A stretch of DNA of 32,013 bases, taken from assembly GCA_903893855.1 (NCBI GenBank), contig CAITNV010000042.1, forward strand, positions 1 through 32,013, read 5' to 3'. Both the position numbers and the translations under genes were made by a program. Below the pieces are notes generated by a model. The model made no database searches. It was not told the origin of the DNA and was given only the letters and a program-made list of their open reading frames with translations. This stretch comes from Candidatus Tayloriibacteriota bacterium. GTDB lineage: Bacteria; Patescibacteriota; Minisyncoccia; Phycocordibacterales; PALSA-1337. This document shows, one piece after another, positions 8,621 to 17,963 of the stretch (position 1 is the first letter of the stretch; each line of letters opens with the position of its first letter).

Positions 8621-8956
8621 TCAGATTCGGACGATTCCGCCAAATTCGCCCTCGTGAACTTCATCGAATTCAAAGATGCCTTTTTCGCCAGTCGGTGGAA
8701 CTGTCGGAAATGAGGACTCTTTCTGGTGCACAGAACCGGCGAGTTGGGGAGCCAGATCAAAGAAGCACGCAAGATATTGACCCTCAACACCTATAAAGGT
8801 GAGCCTCTCTTCTCCTTGAACTTTGGATACTGTTGCGACCGTCAAAGGATCCTTCTCCGTAATTTTAATCGATTTCTTGCGCCATTTTCCTTCCGTATCG
8901 ATAGGCAGAATGTCTTTTTTGGGTATCGCAATATCTCTGGACTTAAACGTAAACAT
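8621..8956 (-). CDS. hypothetical protein
   Basis: 111-aa ORF. A candidate promoter, TTTACA ... TAAGAT, lies upstream on the minus strand. Confidence 0.4.
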   Translation of the reverse strand: MFTFKSRDIAIPKKDILPIDTEGKWRKKSIKITEKDPLTVATVSKVQGEERLTFIGVEGQYLACFFDLAPQLAGSVHQKESSFPTVPPTGEKGIFEFDEVHEGEFGGIVRI

Positions 8957-9309
8957 GTAGTTCCTTGGTTGAGTGTTATAACATCTTTTTGTATCTTAGC
9001 ATGTATATTTGCATTGTAAACTAAATTATATGATTAAAAATGTAGAGGCCACAGAAATGTATGAAATAGAAAACAGTGAAATCATTAGGGAATAGTGAGT
9101 ACAACACGACAGAGTGAGGTTATATAAAAAAAGAAAACGTGTTTACCTTAAAGGTATAGTTCTCGATGTAGATACATTTTCCGCCTCTGGGAAAACTAGA
9201 CCTTTATACTTCGCTGCATTCCGATAATTCGCAGCTACCCCATTTCGCTCGCCACTAATCTGGGGGTCTTCTATTTAATCATCTTGAACACACGTTTTGA
9301 GCGCTTTGA

Positions 9310-9346
9310 ACCACTGTATCCTTAGCTCGGAGGAGTGGTGTTTTTA
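9310..9346 (+). terminator. orphan intrinsic-terminator-like hairpin plus U-run inside a 520-bp non-coding gap
   Basis: ACCACT (9310-9315), a 18-nt loop, AGTGGT (9334-9339), then GTTTTTAT. No plus-strand CDS lies upstream. Confidence 0.35.
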
Positions 9347-9477
9347 TAGTACCATAGTCTGTATAAAAATAATGTGTATCATTATTGTGGGAAAGTCAAA
9401 CAGGTTTTTGTCATTTTTAAAATTTCAAGATAGAAAAGAAAAGGCGGCCAACTATTGCTAGTTAGTCGCTGTTGTAA

Positions 9478-10353
9478 TTAAGATTTCAGAAACTTGTCCG
9501 CAGCTTCTTTGAGAGCGCCATCACCCGCCAGAGCTGATATCAATTGGGCCTCCTGACGGGTGGTGAGTGAGAAAAGTTTTTTGAATATTTCCTTCACTAC
9601 ACCCTCATCAGTATTCCAGTTGTCGTCGTACTCCACATAAAAGCTAATAATGTCAGGAGGCGTTAGCCTAAACGTTAGAAGTTGGGTGAAAGCGAAATGT
9701 TCCAAGTTGTCGTTACTTGTGTCGTTTCGCAAACTTTCCCATCTTTCTTCTGTCCATCCGGTTTGAGCGAGTGCCATTTTAACCTTCGCCACATCATCGT
9801 CGTGCGAGTTTTCTGCGGCATTCCAAACATCAATCCATTCTCCGTTCGTGCTCGCCAAGTTAATTGCTTTGGCGATTAAGAAGTTCGAAAATTGATCAAG
9901 TTCGTCCCTGTTTGAATATACTTCAATCCACGTATCGAGATCGTCTTTACATGCCTCAAGTTTGGCAATTAGGGCTGGAGTCAAAGGGCCGCTGCTACCG
10001 GTGGTATTGTTGAACCAATCGAGGTCTTCGAGAGAAGTGGCCGCCTTGAGAACTTCTTCATGAGCTTTTTGATACTCATGGTGACTCGCGGTATTTTCTT
10101 CAAGAATTTGTTTCCAGTAATCAAGGTCTTTGACTTCAGTCCCAGAATCGAAAAAAGCTTGAGGCTGAGGCTGTTCCCGTACTGGCCGTTGTTCTGCAGG
10201 CGGTTGTTGCTGTTGTTCGGTTTGTGGATTATTGGAGCCTTCCTTGATGCAAGAAAGTTTGGGCTTATTAGCGCTCCTTCTTTTTAAACTATGACTCGTC
10301 TCGTGGGGGAAACCCCTCAAGAGAGCAAAGATAAACTTCCCAATTTTTTTCAT
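9478..10353 (-). CDS. hypothetical protein with a Gln/Pro-rich low-complexity N-terminal region
   Basis: 291-aa ORF. No catalytic motif recognised. Confidence 0.5.
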   Translation of the reverse strand: MKKIGKFIFALLRGFPHETSHSLKRRSANKPKLSCIKEGSNNPQTEQQQQPPAEQRPVREQPQPQAFFDSGTEVKDLDYWKQILEENTASHHEYQKAHEEVLKAATSLEDLDWFNNTTGSSGPLTPALIAKLEACKDDLDTWIEVYSNRDELDQFSNFLIAKAINLASTNGEWIDVWNAAENSHDDDVAKVKMALAQTGWTEERWESLRNDTSNDNLEHFAFTQLLTFRLTPPDIISFYVEYDDNWNTDEGVVKEIFKKLFSLTTRQEAQLISALAGDGALKEAADKFLKS

Positions 10354-10426
10354 GTGCTAGCCTTTCAGTTGTAAGTGTTTTAATTTCTGTATGTGCGCTA
10401 TTCGTAGCTTAATACCTATTATTAGT

Positions 10427-10530
10427 ATTGTCAAGATATATATTGACATTATGCACTTATATGCTAATGTATGAAAAGTCAAGGATATTTAGGCTCATTC
10501 CACAAGCTAATCTTGTGGGCCTTTTGTTCC
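10427..10530 (+). promoter_or_regulatory. promoter (TTGACA-16-TAATGT) preceded by a 24-bp imperfect palindrome and followed by a hairpin plus U-tract in the leader of the flotillin gene
   Basis: ATTGTCAAGATATATATTGACATT spans 10427-10450 and is 20/24 self-complementary. The hairpin CCACAAG-CTAAT-CTTGTGG at 10500-10518 is followed by GCCTTTTGTTCC. Confidence 0.45.
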
Positions 10531-10555
10531 TCGAAAATCAGTACATATAGTAACT

Positions 10556-12415
10556 ATGACCGCAATAACCAGCAGTTCAATACTTGCGATTGCCATTCCG
10601 GTAGTCGCTTTCTTCATCCTCATCGTGTGCTACAAATTGATCCTCAGGATATTTGGGGTTGTCATCATCCCCAAGGATACGATCGGGATTGTCAACAAAA
10701 AGTTCGTACTCGTCGGCTCGAATCGTACGCTTCGTGATGGCGAAATTATCGCCCTCAACGGCGAAGCCGGCCTTCAGGCTGACACGCTGGCGCCAGGAAT
10801 TCATTTCTGGTTCTGGCCGTGGCAGTACGGAATTCAGACGCAAGAGTTCATTACGATTGAAGCCGGCAATATCGGCGTCGTCGAATCACGTGGCGGTAGT
10901 CCACTTTCAAACGGGCGGGTGCTCGCGAAGTCAGTCGACTGCGACATGTTCCAGAACGTGCGAAAGTTCCTGCAAAATGGTGGTCAGCGCGGTCCTCAGA
11001 TCGCGATTATTCCACCCGGAACGTATCGTATCAACACCGAATTCTTCGGAGTCGAGGAAGTCAAAGTTTTGGAAATTGAGGACAACAAGATCGGCGTCGT
11101 CACAACGAAAGACGGCAAGCCCCTTACCACTGGTGAAATTGCTGGTAAAGAAGTTCCCGACCATAGCATGTTTCAAGATGGTGATACCTTCATCGAACAC
11201 GGTGGTTTCAAAGGTCTGCAGGAGCAGGTGCTTCTCGCGGGGCGGTATTTCATCAACCCGATGTTTGCCACTGTTGAGATAAAACCGATGACGGAAGTGC
11301 CGATCGCCCATGTAGGTGTCGTCATTGCGTACGTCGGTGAAGCCGGCGTCGATGTTACGGGTGATTCATTTAAACATGGCAACCTCGTGAGCAAAGGGCA
11401 GAAGGGTGTCTGCGTGGAGCCATTGGATCCGGGCAAATATCCGATCAACCCGTACACCCACAAGGTCGAAAACGTTCCGACAGCGAACGTCGTACTGAAC
11501 TGGGCGACTGGGAAGAGTGAGGCACACAGGCTGGACGAGCGACTCTCCACCATTACGGTGCGGTCCTCAGACGGCTTCACGTTTAATATCGACGTTAGTC
11601 AAATCATTCACATTCCGGGGAAGGAATCGCCCAAGGTTATCGCCCGTTTCGGCAGTGTCGCTAACTTAGTCACACAGGTGCTCGAACCGACGATTGGGAA
11701 TTACTTCCGCAACGCCGCGCAAGGTTCCGACGTTATCGACTTCCTCAAAGGACGTCAGAGTCGCCAGAACGATGCGAAAGCAGCTATTGCAGCGGCCCTG
11801 AAGGACTACGATGTTGGTGCGGTTGATACCCTCATTGGTGACATCGTCCCTCCGGCGGAATTGATGAAGACGCTCACTGATCGTAAGCTCGCTGAGCAAG
11901 AAAAGACAACCTATGAGACACAACGTGAAGCACAGGTGACACGTCAGAGTCTTCAACAGGCAACAGCCATGGCGAACACTCAGGCGCAAGTCGTTGATGC
12001 TGAACGTAGTGTCTCGATTGCAGAGTTCGGCGCCAGAGCTGCGGTGAAGAAAGCGGAAGGCGAAGCCTCCGCGAAACAGACCCAAGCAACGGCTGATGCC
12101 ATGGTTGTCACAACCGTCGGCGCTGCTGAAGCAGGGAAGATCAAAGCGATCGGTACCGCTGAAGCTGACGTTATCAAGTTGAAAATCGCATCGATGGACG
12201 CCGACAACTACGCGCTCGTCCAAGTTGCTCAGGCTCTGGCCAGCAACCATATCGCTCTCGTGCCTAACATCATGGTTTCGGGAGCTGGTGGTGGCGGTAG
12301 CAATGGACTCGTGGATGTTCTTGTGGCCAACTTGGTCAGGGATCAATCGCTGAAGTCTGCGGCTCTCGCGGTACCTGCTGCGGCTCCGGCAGTCCCCACA
12401 GCCGAAAAGAAGTAA
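10556..12415 (+). CDS. SPFH/band-7 (flotillin-like) membrane protein
   Basis: 619 aa. N-terminal TM helix, SPFH-like core, then a long Ala/Gln/Glu-rich coiled-coil tail (AEQEKTTYETQREAQVTRQ...) typical of bacterial flotillins (YqiK/FloT-like). The gene is strongly GC-richer than its surroundings. Confidence 0.8.
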   Translation: MTAITSSSILAIAIPVVAFFILIVCYKLILRIFGVVIIPKDTIGIVNKKFVLVGSNRTLRDGEIIALNGEAGLQADTLAPGIHFWFWPWQYGIQTQEFITIEAGNIGVVESRGGSPLSNGRVLAKSVDCDMFQNVRKFLQNGGQRGPQIAIIPPGTYRINTEFFGVEEVKVLEIEDNKIGVVTTKDGKPLTTGEIAGKEVPDHSMFQDGDTFIEHGGFKGLQEQVLLAGRYFINPMFATVEIKPMTEVPIAHVGVVIAYVGEAGVDVTGDSFKHGNLVSKGQKGVCVEPLDPGKYPINPYTHKVENVPTANVVLNWATGKSEAHRLDERLSTITVRSSDGFTFNIDVSQIIHIPGKESPKVIARFGSVANLVTQVLEPTIGNYFRNAAQGSDVIDFLKGRQSRQNDAKAAIAAALKDYDVGAVDTLIGDIVPPAELMKTLTDRKLAEQEKTTYETQREAQVTRQSLQQATAMANTQAQVVDAERSVSIAEFGARAAVKKAEGEASAKQTQATADAMVVTTVGAAEAGKIKAIGTAEADVIKLKIASMDADNYALVQVAQALASNHIALVPNIMVSGAGGGGSNGLVDVLVANLVRDQSLKSAALAVPAAAPAVPTAEKK

Positions 12416-12495
12416 AACTGGTCACCATTGATCACACACCAACGAGTAATTCGTATGGTGTTTTTTATTGCATGTCTAGTACATAAGATTTTAAT

Positions 12496-12531
12496 AAAAA
12501 AAACACCAGCACGTTTGCTGGTGTGATATTT
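12496..12531. terminator. bidirectional intrinsic terminator
   Basis: A8, then CACCAGC-ACGTTT-GCTGGTG (a perfect 7-bp stem at 12504-12523), then a T-rich tract. It serves the flotillin gene and the convergent 90-aa ORF. Confidence 0.6.
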
Positions 12532-12803
12532 CAACTTTCTTGGTTTTTCAAAACTCCGTGGAGCTTCTTTGCGGTTCCGACAGGTCTTGCATCTTCGAGG
12601 CCTGTTCCTGTTTCAAGAAAATGCTCTGCCAAATCTATTGCTTGGCGAAGGGAATGTCCAATAATTTCTCCTGTACGTTCGCCTTCACAGAGAGTGACGA
12701 CGTAAATGAGCCTTACGAGACATTTGACTTCAACGGAACGTCCATTGTGGGAACAGGAATGGATTTGTGTTGCACGATCCAACTTCCACGATTTCTTTGT
12801 CAT
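12531..12803 (-). CDS. hypothetical protein
   Basis: 90-aa ORF. No motif recognised. Confidence 0.4.
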   Translation of the reverse strand: MTKKSWKLDRATQIHSCSHNGRSVEVKCLVRLIYVVTLCEGERTGEIIGHSLRQAIDLAEHFLETGTGLEDARPVGTAKKLHGVLKNQES

Positions 12804-12832
12804 AGTATATTTTCTGAGACTGTTAGTATGTG

Positions 12833-13828
12833 TTACTGCACAAATGTTAGGCTGCCTTCAATGCCATATTTTGCCATTAGATAGCTCATATGGTTGATGT
12901 GGGCGGACCCAAGTACCAAAACATTTCTTTTGGTCCGATCGGCTTTACGTGCGATCGTATGGAGAATGTGCAGGTTTCGAACTTGGCTTAGCGTGGTTAT
13001 CACCAGATCTGCCTGCGTACCTTTAAATGTGTATGGTGCCGGCTTACCGCGTACACTTGCCGGTAGGAGATACGACATAAAGTGTTGTTCAAGCGACTTC
13101 ACAGGACGATAATCAGCACCACGGACAGTAATTCCTAGATTCGGATTTGCTATGAACTGATAGCTTGCACAAGATGGAGCGCTTTTTTCGAAATACGCTC
13201 GTATCTCCACCTCATTCGTGAACGAATGTGCAATGGGCACCTCGGCGTCTTGCGATTCAGCAACCACTTGGAGCCAAGCATTGTTACTCGTTACAATCTC
13301 ACCGCCACAAAAATCTTCAGCCCAAAGTACGTCATAGTTCTTATGAACCATTTCCGCGATTTTTGCTTGAATTGCTACGATAGTACGGTCGTCCATATCG
13401 AGGGACAAATGAAATTGTCCAATGTAATCAAGATGCATTCCCCGAAGGGTTTGCAAGTCTTTTTCCATTTGTTCACGTGTAGGAGCGGATGCACGTTCAT
13501 TGCGAATGAGTCGCATCAAGTTCTCGTCATACGGAATTTCATGTTCCGCAAAGAAGTAGAGTTGATCGAGTCTGGCGAGCGTCTCGCTCACGATGTCATT
13601 GGTCACACCCTTCGGAAGGGATGCGGTTTTCCAAACGACTGAGGATTTCACCGGTTGAGGTGATTCGGGTGCTTTATTGAGCACGAAGTAGAGGCCGAAG
13701 CAGATTAATACCGTGGCCGCTGCCAGCACGTTAAAACGGCCGGAGTTTTTCTTGTTATTCTTCTGTTTATTTTTCAAGGTTCGAGACTTTCTTTGTTGAT
13801 TCTTTTGATTTAAATCGGCTTTTAACAT
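12833..13828 (-). CDS. membrane-anchored hypothetical protein; its C-terminal VLVLGSAHINHMSYLMAKYGIEG resembles the TraB/GumN-family C-terminal motif
   Basis: 331 aa with a Lys-rich N-terminus and one TM helix. The C-terminal motif similarity is the only hint, so the family assignment is tentative. Confidence 0.45.
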   Translation of the reverse strand: MLKADLNQKNQQRKSRTLKNKQKNNKKNSGRFNVLAAATVLICFGLYFVLNKAPESPQPVKSSVVWKTASLPKGVTNDIVSETLARLDQLYFFAEHEIPYDENLMRLIRNERASAPTREQMEKDLQTLRGMHLDYIGQFHLSLDMDDRTIVAIQAKIAEMVHKNYDVLWAEDFCGGEIVTSNNAWLQVVAESQDAEVPIAHSFTNEVEIRAYFEKSAPSCASYQFIANPNLGITVRGADYRPVKSLEQHFMSYLLPASVRGKPAPYTFKGTQADLVITTLSQVRNLHILHTIARKADRTKRNVLVLGSAHINHMSYLMAKYGIEGSLTFVQ

Positions 13829-13935
13829 AACACGTATTAAGTGTATTTGTCAATTAATTAGGTTGGGGGGGGGAAAGAATCACACCTCTTTACGGTAGTA
13901 TTATTAAATTTATAAAGCTAGTATAATAGCTCATT

Positions 13936-14934
13936 ATGGAAAAGATATCTTTTGAGGCCGATCCAAAGACCCCAGAATTAACAGAAAAGGATATAAGTGG
14001 ACATTTTGCATCAGCGATTAATCATGATCTAAGTAGCGAATTAAAAAATGAAGAGAGAGTACCTTCAACAAAATGGAGAAAGATGTTCAAGTCACTACAG
14101 ATCGCAGTTATGGCCACGGTCGCTGCTACTACTATCAATTATGAGTATCAATTTCGGCAAAAAGTGTCTGAGAGCGATGAAAAAGACGGAATTAAATGGT
14201 CTCATGAAGATAAAGAAACCGAGCATATCCTGAATACATTGTCAGGAAAAGAAAATTTTAGTGACGAGGAAAAAATACATCTGATGCGTTATATGACTTT
14301 GAAATGGTGCAAAGAAAAAAGTATCAAAGTACCTGAGGAAATAAAAAATTGGGGTATGTCGGATATTGAACGTTTTTATGAAACCCTTCCAAAAGAAACG
14401 GCCGCAATGCTTGAATTTAAATATCAGAAAGATTGGGTATTACAAAATCCAATAATTTTGAACCATGTCAATGACGAGCTATGGAGAATCGAAAAAGCTT
14501 GCGGTAGCCCTTACATCCGATGGGAAGATCCCGACCATTCATTTATTTTTTCTGACAGTCTCGGCAATAAAGATGAGCATAGAGCTCATTATAACAGTAT
14601 CAATAATACTATTTATCTTGCACCTGAGCACTTGAGTCCAAGAATCTATGATCAATTTGTTGCAGAAAGTGGTCATGCTGATCAATTTGCAGACGCACCA
14701 ATTACATCATTCGCGACTGTTATAAAAAATATTAGTCAGGCAGGAGTAAATGCCATCACTCATGGAAGCACATTCGCAGCTGAATGGGACAAGCTTTACA
14801 CTATCCCAGACACGATTGAATATGATGCACATGAAATAAGAGAAAAGAAGCTTGATGCCGAAGTTAAGAAAGCTGAGAATGCTGACGTCAAAAAGCTGAT
14901 GGAGAATTCACATATACAGCCTCGTGAGCATTAG
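13936..14934 (+). CDS. hypothetical protein
   Basis: 332-aa ORF. The TATAAT at 13922-13927 sits only 8 nt before the ATG, which suggests a leaderless or very short-leader mRNA. Confidence 0.5.
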   Translation: MEKISFEADPKTPELTEKDISGHFASAINHDLSSELKNEERVPSTKWRKMFKSLQIAVMATVAATTINYEYQFRQKVSESDEKDGIKWSHEDKETEHILNTLSGKENFSDEEKIHLMRYMTLKWCKEKSIKVPEEIKNWGMSDIERFYETLPKETAAMLEFKYQKDWVLQNPIILNHVNDELWRIEKACGSPYIRWEDPDHSFIFSDSLGNKDEHRAHYNSINNTIYLAPEHLSPRIYDQFVAESGHADQFADAPITSFATVIKNISQAGVNAITHGSTFAAEWDKLYTIPDTIEYDAHEIREKKLDAEVKKAENADVKKLMENSHIQPREH

Positions 14935-15038
14935 TCTTAGATAGATAAGCTATATCCACTTGTTTTTCTCCTTTTTGACCAGTATAATAGCTGTACTATG
15001 CAGAAAAGGGGTAAAGTGCATAATACAACATAAATACT

Positions 15039-16325
15039 ATGCTAAAAAACACTATAATAAAGCAAAAAGGAGATCGGGACAGACTCATGTCTCTGCCATA
15101 TGTAGAGCGTACACAAGAGAAAAAAGCTCAGAAATGGATGTCTTCTGACTTGATAAAAGTCATTCTTGGGCCAAGACGAGCAGGAAAATCAGTCTTTGCT
15201 TTTATGTTACTTAAAGATCAGTCTTTCGCATATTTTAACTTTGACGATGAGTCACTCCCTGGCGAAGAAAAGATAGATCTTGACGAGCTTCTCTCAGAAT
15301 TGAAGCAGGTCTATGGTGATACTCAATACATTTTCTTTGATGAAATTCAAAATCTTCCGAACTGGGAACTATTTGTAAACCGCCTCCACCGTTCCGGATA
15401 CAATCTAGTCCTCACCGGTTCTAATGCCAGCCTTCTTTCAAAAGAATTAGCCACACACCTTACGGGAAGACATATTCCAATAGAGATATTACCGTTTAGC
15501 TTCCAAGAGTTTTTGAAAGCTAAAAAGTATGAATTTGATGCAGGTAAACTTGCTCTCCCTGAAGAAAAAGCAAAATTTTTTGGCCATATAACTCAGTACA
15601 TGACAAACGGTGGGTACCCTGAAGTTGTTACAAAGGACGTTGATCCTCGAGGATACCTAGACGTACTGTTCGATGCAGTGCTATTTAAAGATGTTATTAA
15701 AAGACACAAAGTTAAGTTTTCAAAACAAATAGATTATCTCGGATCATATCTGATAAACAATGTTTCAAATCAATACACCGCACGAAGACTTCGTGACGTT
15801 TTGCAATTTAAAAGTGATGTAACCGTAGCAAAGTATCTCGATTATTTAATAGAGGCATATGTACTGTTCTCACTCGATCGTCATTCAAGCAAAGCAAGTT
15901 CCAGAATACAGTCTGCTAAGAAGACATATGTTATAGACAATGGACTCGTTACAGCCAAAGCTATACAGCATTCGCCTAATTCGGGAAAACTTATGGAAAA
16001 TCTTGTATTTACTGAACTTGTCAAAAAAGGTAATGAACCAAATCGCGAACTCTTCTATTACAAAACTAGAAATGATCGAGAGATAGACTTTGTTGTAAAG
16101 AATGGGCATGAAGTAGTAGAGCTTATACAAGTAGCATATGACGTGAGCAATCTTGAGGTGGTAGAACGTGAAGTCAAAGCGCTCGTAGAGGCAGGACAAG
16201 AACTTCAGGTAAATAAACTAACGGTCCTTACCTGGAATGAGAAACGAGAAGTAAAAAAAGGTGATGTGACTATTATGTTTCGACCATTGTATGAATGGAT
16301 GCTCGAGGTTAATAATAAAAACTAA
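15039..16325 (+). CDS. AAA+ ATPase, COG1373 / DUF4143-type
   Basis: P-loop ILGPRRAGKSVF and Walker B IFFDEIQ. The C-terminal region resembles DUF4143. An alternative start exists at M17. Confidence 0.75.
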   Translation: MLKNTIIKQKGDRDRLMSLPYVERTQEKKAQKWMSSDLIKVILGPRRAGKSVFAFMLLKDQSFAYFNFDDESLPGEEKIDLDELLSELKQVYGDTQYIFFDEIQNLPNWELFVNRLHRSGYNLVLTGSNASLLSKELATHLTGRHIPIEILPFSFQEFLKAKKYEFDAGKLALPEEKAKFFGHITQYMTNGGYPEVVTKDVDPRGYLDVLFDAVLFKDVIKRHKVKFSKQIDYLGSYLINNVSNQYTARRLRDVLQFKSDVTVAKYLDYLIEAYVLFSLDRHSSKASSRIQSAKKTYVIDNGLVTAKAIQHSPNSGKLMENLVFTELVKKGNEPNRELFYYKTRNDREIDFVVKNGHEVVELIQVAYDVSNLEVVEREVKALVEAGQELQVNKLTVLTWNEKREVKKGDVTIMFRPLYEWMLEVNNKN

Positions 16326-16330
16326 TAAGC

Positions 16331-17500
16331 ATGAAAAAGACTTATGTTTTGATGATTTGTCTAGTCGGTATACTTACACCCTTTGTTTCTTATGCGGATG
16401 TTATACATATCACCAGTCCTGTAGCGAATGAAGTTCTCACACCTAATCAGGCAAAAAGAATTACATGGACTGGGGGAGCAGATAAAGTATCCATATATCG
16501 GATACATTGTATTGCGCTTCTCGGTTCTACAAACAAACTCTGCTCGCAAAGCTCAGACTCTACGAACATGAATGATCCCCTCATAGCTGGTGTACATAAT
16601 GTCGGCTATTATGATTGGACAGTAAGACAGGGAGTTACGGGTTGGTCTGGAGATATAGATACATACCAAATACAAATACGAGATACAGACGCGACCACAA
16701 CAACCGACACTGACACCTCACCAGCTTTTTATATCAGTTCGCCACCGCAACTAACGATGATGACCAACCCCGGATCGTTTACTGATAACATTTCATACCT
16801 CCTCGCCCCCAATATACCCAATGGGGATTATCCAGTTGAAATCTACTGGACACTTAGTGCTGTAGACTCATGTATTGGTTCTGGTGATTGGAGCGGGCCG
16901 CAATTACATAATGCCGGTGATAACAATCATATTACTCTTGGAAAAGTATCTGACTTTACAACTAATAAAACCTATACCTTGACCTGTTCAAACCCAGCGG
17001 GGTCTGTTACGAAAAGTGTTACTTTCAAAGTTGCTTCACCTTTTCCTGTGGTGCCTCCACAGCCCAATCCAGTAACAATCAATACGGATGTGAAAGTGGG
17101 GGAGGTAAAAAGCGGTTCGTTAAGTCCTTCTGCAAATGCATTAACTCAAGTTCCCGTCACGATGACTACCCAACGACTGCCGACACAGTCGACACAATCG
17201 AGTATGCCACCTACGCCACCAGTGATCGCGCCCGTAAGAACTACAGCGTCTAATGCAACTATGACAACTACTGTACGTAGTACTCATGTGCCCAAAATAG
17301 TGACACATGTAGCGACTACCACAACTAAATCAGACGTCACTCATGGTGGTGTAAATGTATTGATTGCATCAACATCCACATCATCTATATTAAAGACTGC
17401 TACTACTTCAACAATACACGTTATGCTAATGCCTCTCAGTCAGGATGAATCTGATACTATATTTAATAAGATATGGAAAAGATTTTTCAGCATATTCTAG
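16331..17500 (+). CDS. secreted or surface protein with signal peptide and a Thr/Ser-rich C-terminal region
   Basis: Signal peptide MKKTYVLMICLVGILTPFVSYA. Long T/S/P/V low-complexity tail. Confidence 0.55.
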   Translation: MKKTYVLMICLVGILTPFVSYADVIHITSPVANEVLTPNQAKRITWTGGADKVSIYRIHCIALLGSTNKLCSQSSDSTNMNDPLIAGVHNVGYYDWTVRQGVTGWSGDIDTYQIQIRDTDATTTTDTDTSPAFYISSPPQLTMMTNPGSFTDNISYLLAPNIPNGDYPVEIYWTLSAVDSCIGSGDWSGPQLHNAGDNNHITLGKVSDFTTNKTYTLTCSNPAGSVTKSVTFKVASPFPVVPPQPNPVTINTDVKVGEVKSGSLSPSANALTQVPVTMTTQRLPTQSTQSSMPPTPPVIAPVRTTASNATMTTTVRSTHVPKIVTHVATTTTKSDVTHGGVNVLIASTSTSSILKTATTSTIHVMLMPLSQDESDTIFNKIWKRFFSIF

Positions 17501-17513
17501 AAAAAAGGTAATT

Positions 17514-17536
17514 AAAAACCCGAAGGGTGCTTTTTT
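17514..17536. terminator. small hairpin (CCCGAAGGG) plus T6 between convergent genes
   Basis: A5-CCCGAAGGG-TGC-T6. It reads as a terminator in both orientations. Confidence 0.4.
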
Positions 17537-17665
17537 ACTGCTCGACGTTGTGCGCGAGGTAATAACCTTTTGGAAGACCAATAAAGAGCACATTTATATC
17601 CCGAATTATAGGGATGGATTGTTTAAGATTACACAACCTACGGCTGAAGAAATGGCTAGTTTTCG

Positions 17666-17938
17666 TTAGTCCTTCAAAGAGATTACTTGCAAGCCCTTCT
17701 CATCAATATCCTCACGTGGCCAGAATTTTGTAAGCCCATAGATTTTCCACCTACCGACATATCCAACTTGTTTCTCCAATGTTCTGCCTGTGTAGTCTTT
17801 AGTTTCAGGGTCCCACTCTTTGAGTGTCAAAGTGTCCCCCTCAGAAATGTCAAAATCATTAAGCCTTAATTCAAAGGTCTTTTTGCCATTCAAGATTTGT
17901 TGAAAATATTCAGGCCAAACTTTTTTCTCGATTTTCAT
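17666..17938 (-). CDS. DUF3850 / ASCH-like (PUA-fold) domain protein
   Basis: KKVWPEYFQQILNGKKTFELRLNDFDISEGDTLTLKEWDP...YTGRTLEKQV matches the DUF3850 pattern (KxWPEYF...GxKTFExR.ND). Confidence 0.6.
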   Translation of the reverse strand: MKIEKKVWPEYFQQILNGKKTFELRLNDFDISEGDTLTLKEWDPETKDYTGRTLEKQVGYVGRWKIYGLTKFWPREDIDEKGLQVISLKD

Positions 17939-17963
17939 AATAGAATTATTCTAGCAGAAAATC

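Noticed and set aside
10471-12346. Multiple 60-226-aa ORFs on both strands inside the flotillin gene (for example 10653-11282 on plus and 11666-12346 on minus)
   Set aside because: They are alternative-frame or antisense ORFs within a confidently called GC-rich gene. High GC inflates the count of spurious ORFs.
17445-17669. 74-aa ORF overlapping the end of the secreted-protein gene
   Set aside because: It spans the CCCGAAGGG-T6 terminator and the intergenic region. It has no RBS or promoter context and is most likely not translated, though the 17546-17665 spacer could hold a gene remnant.
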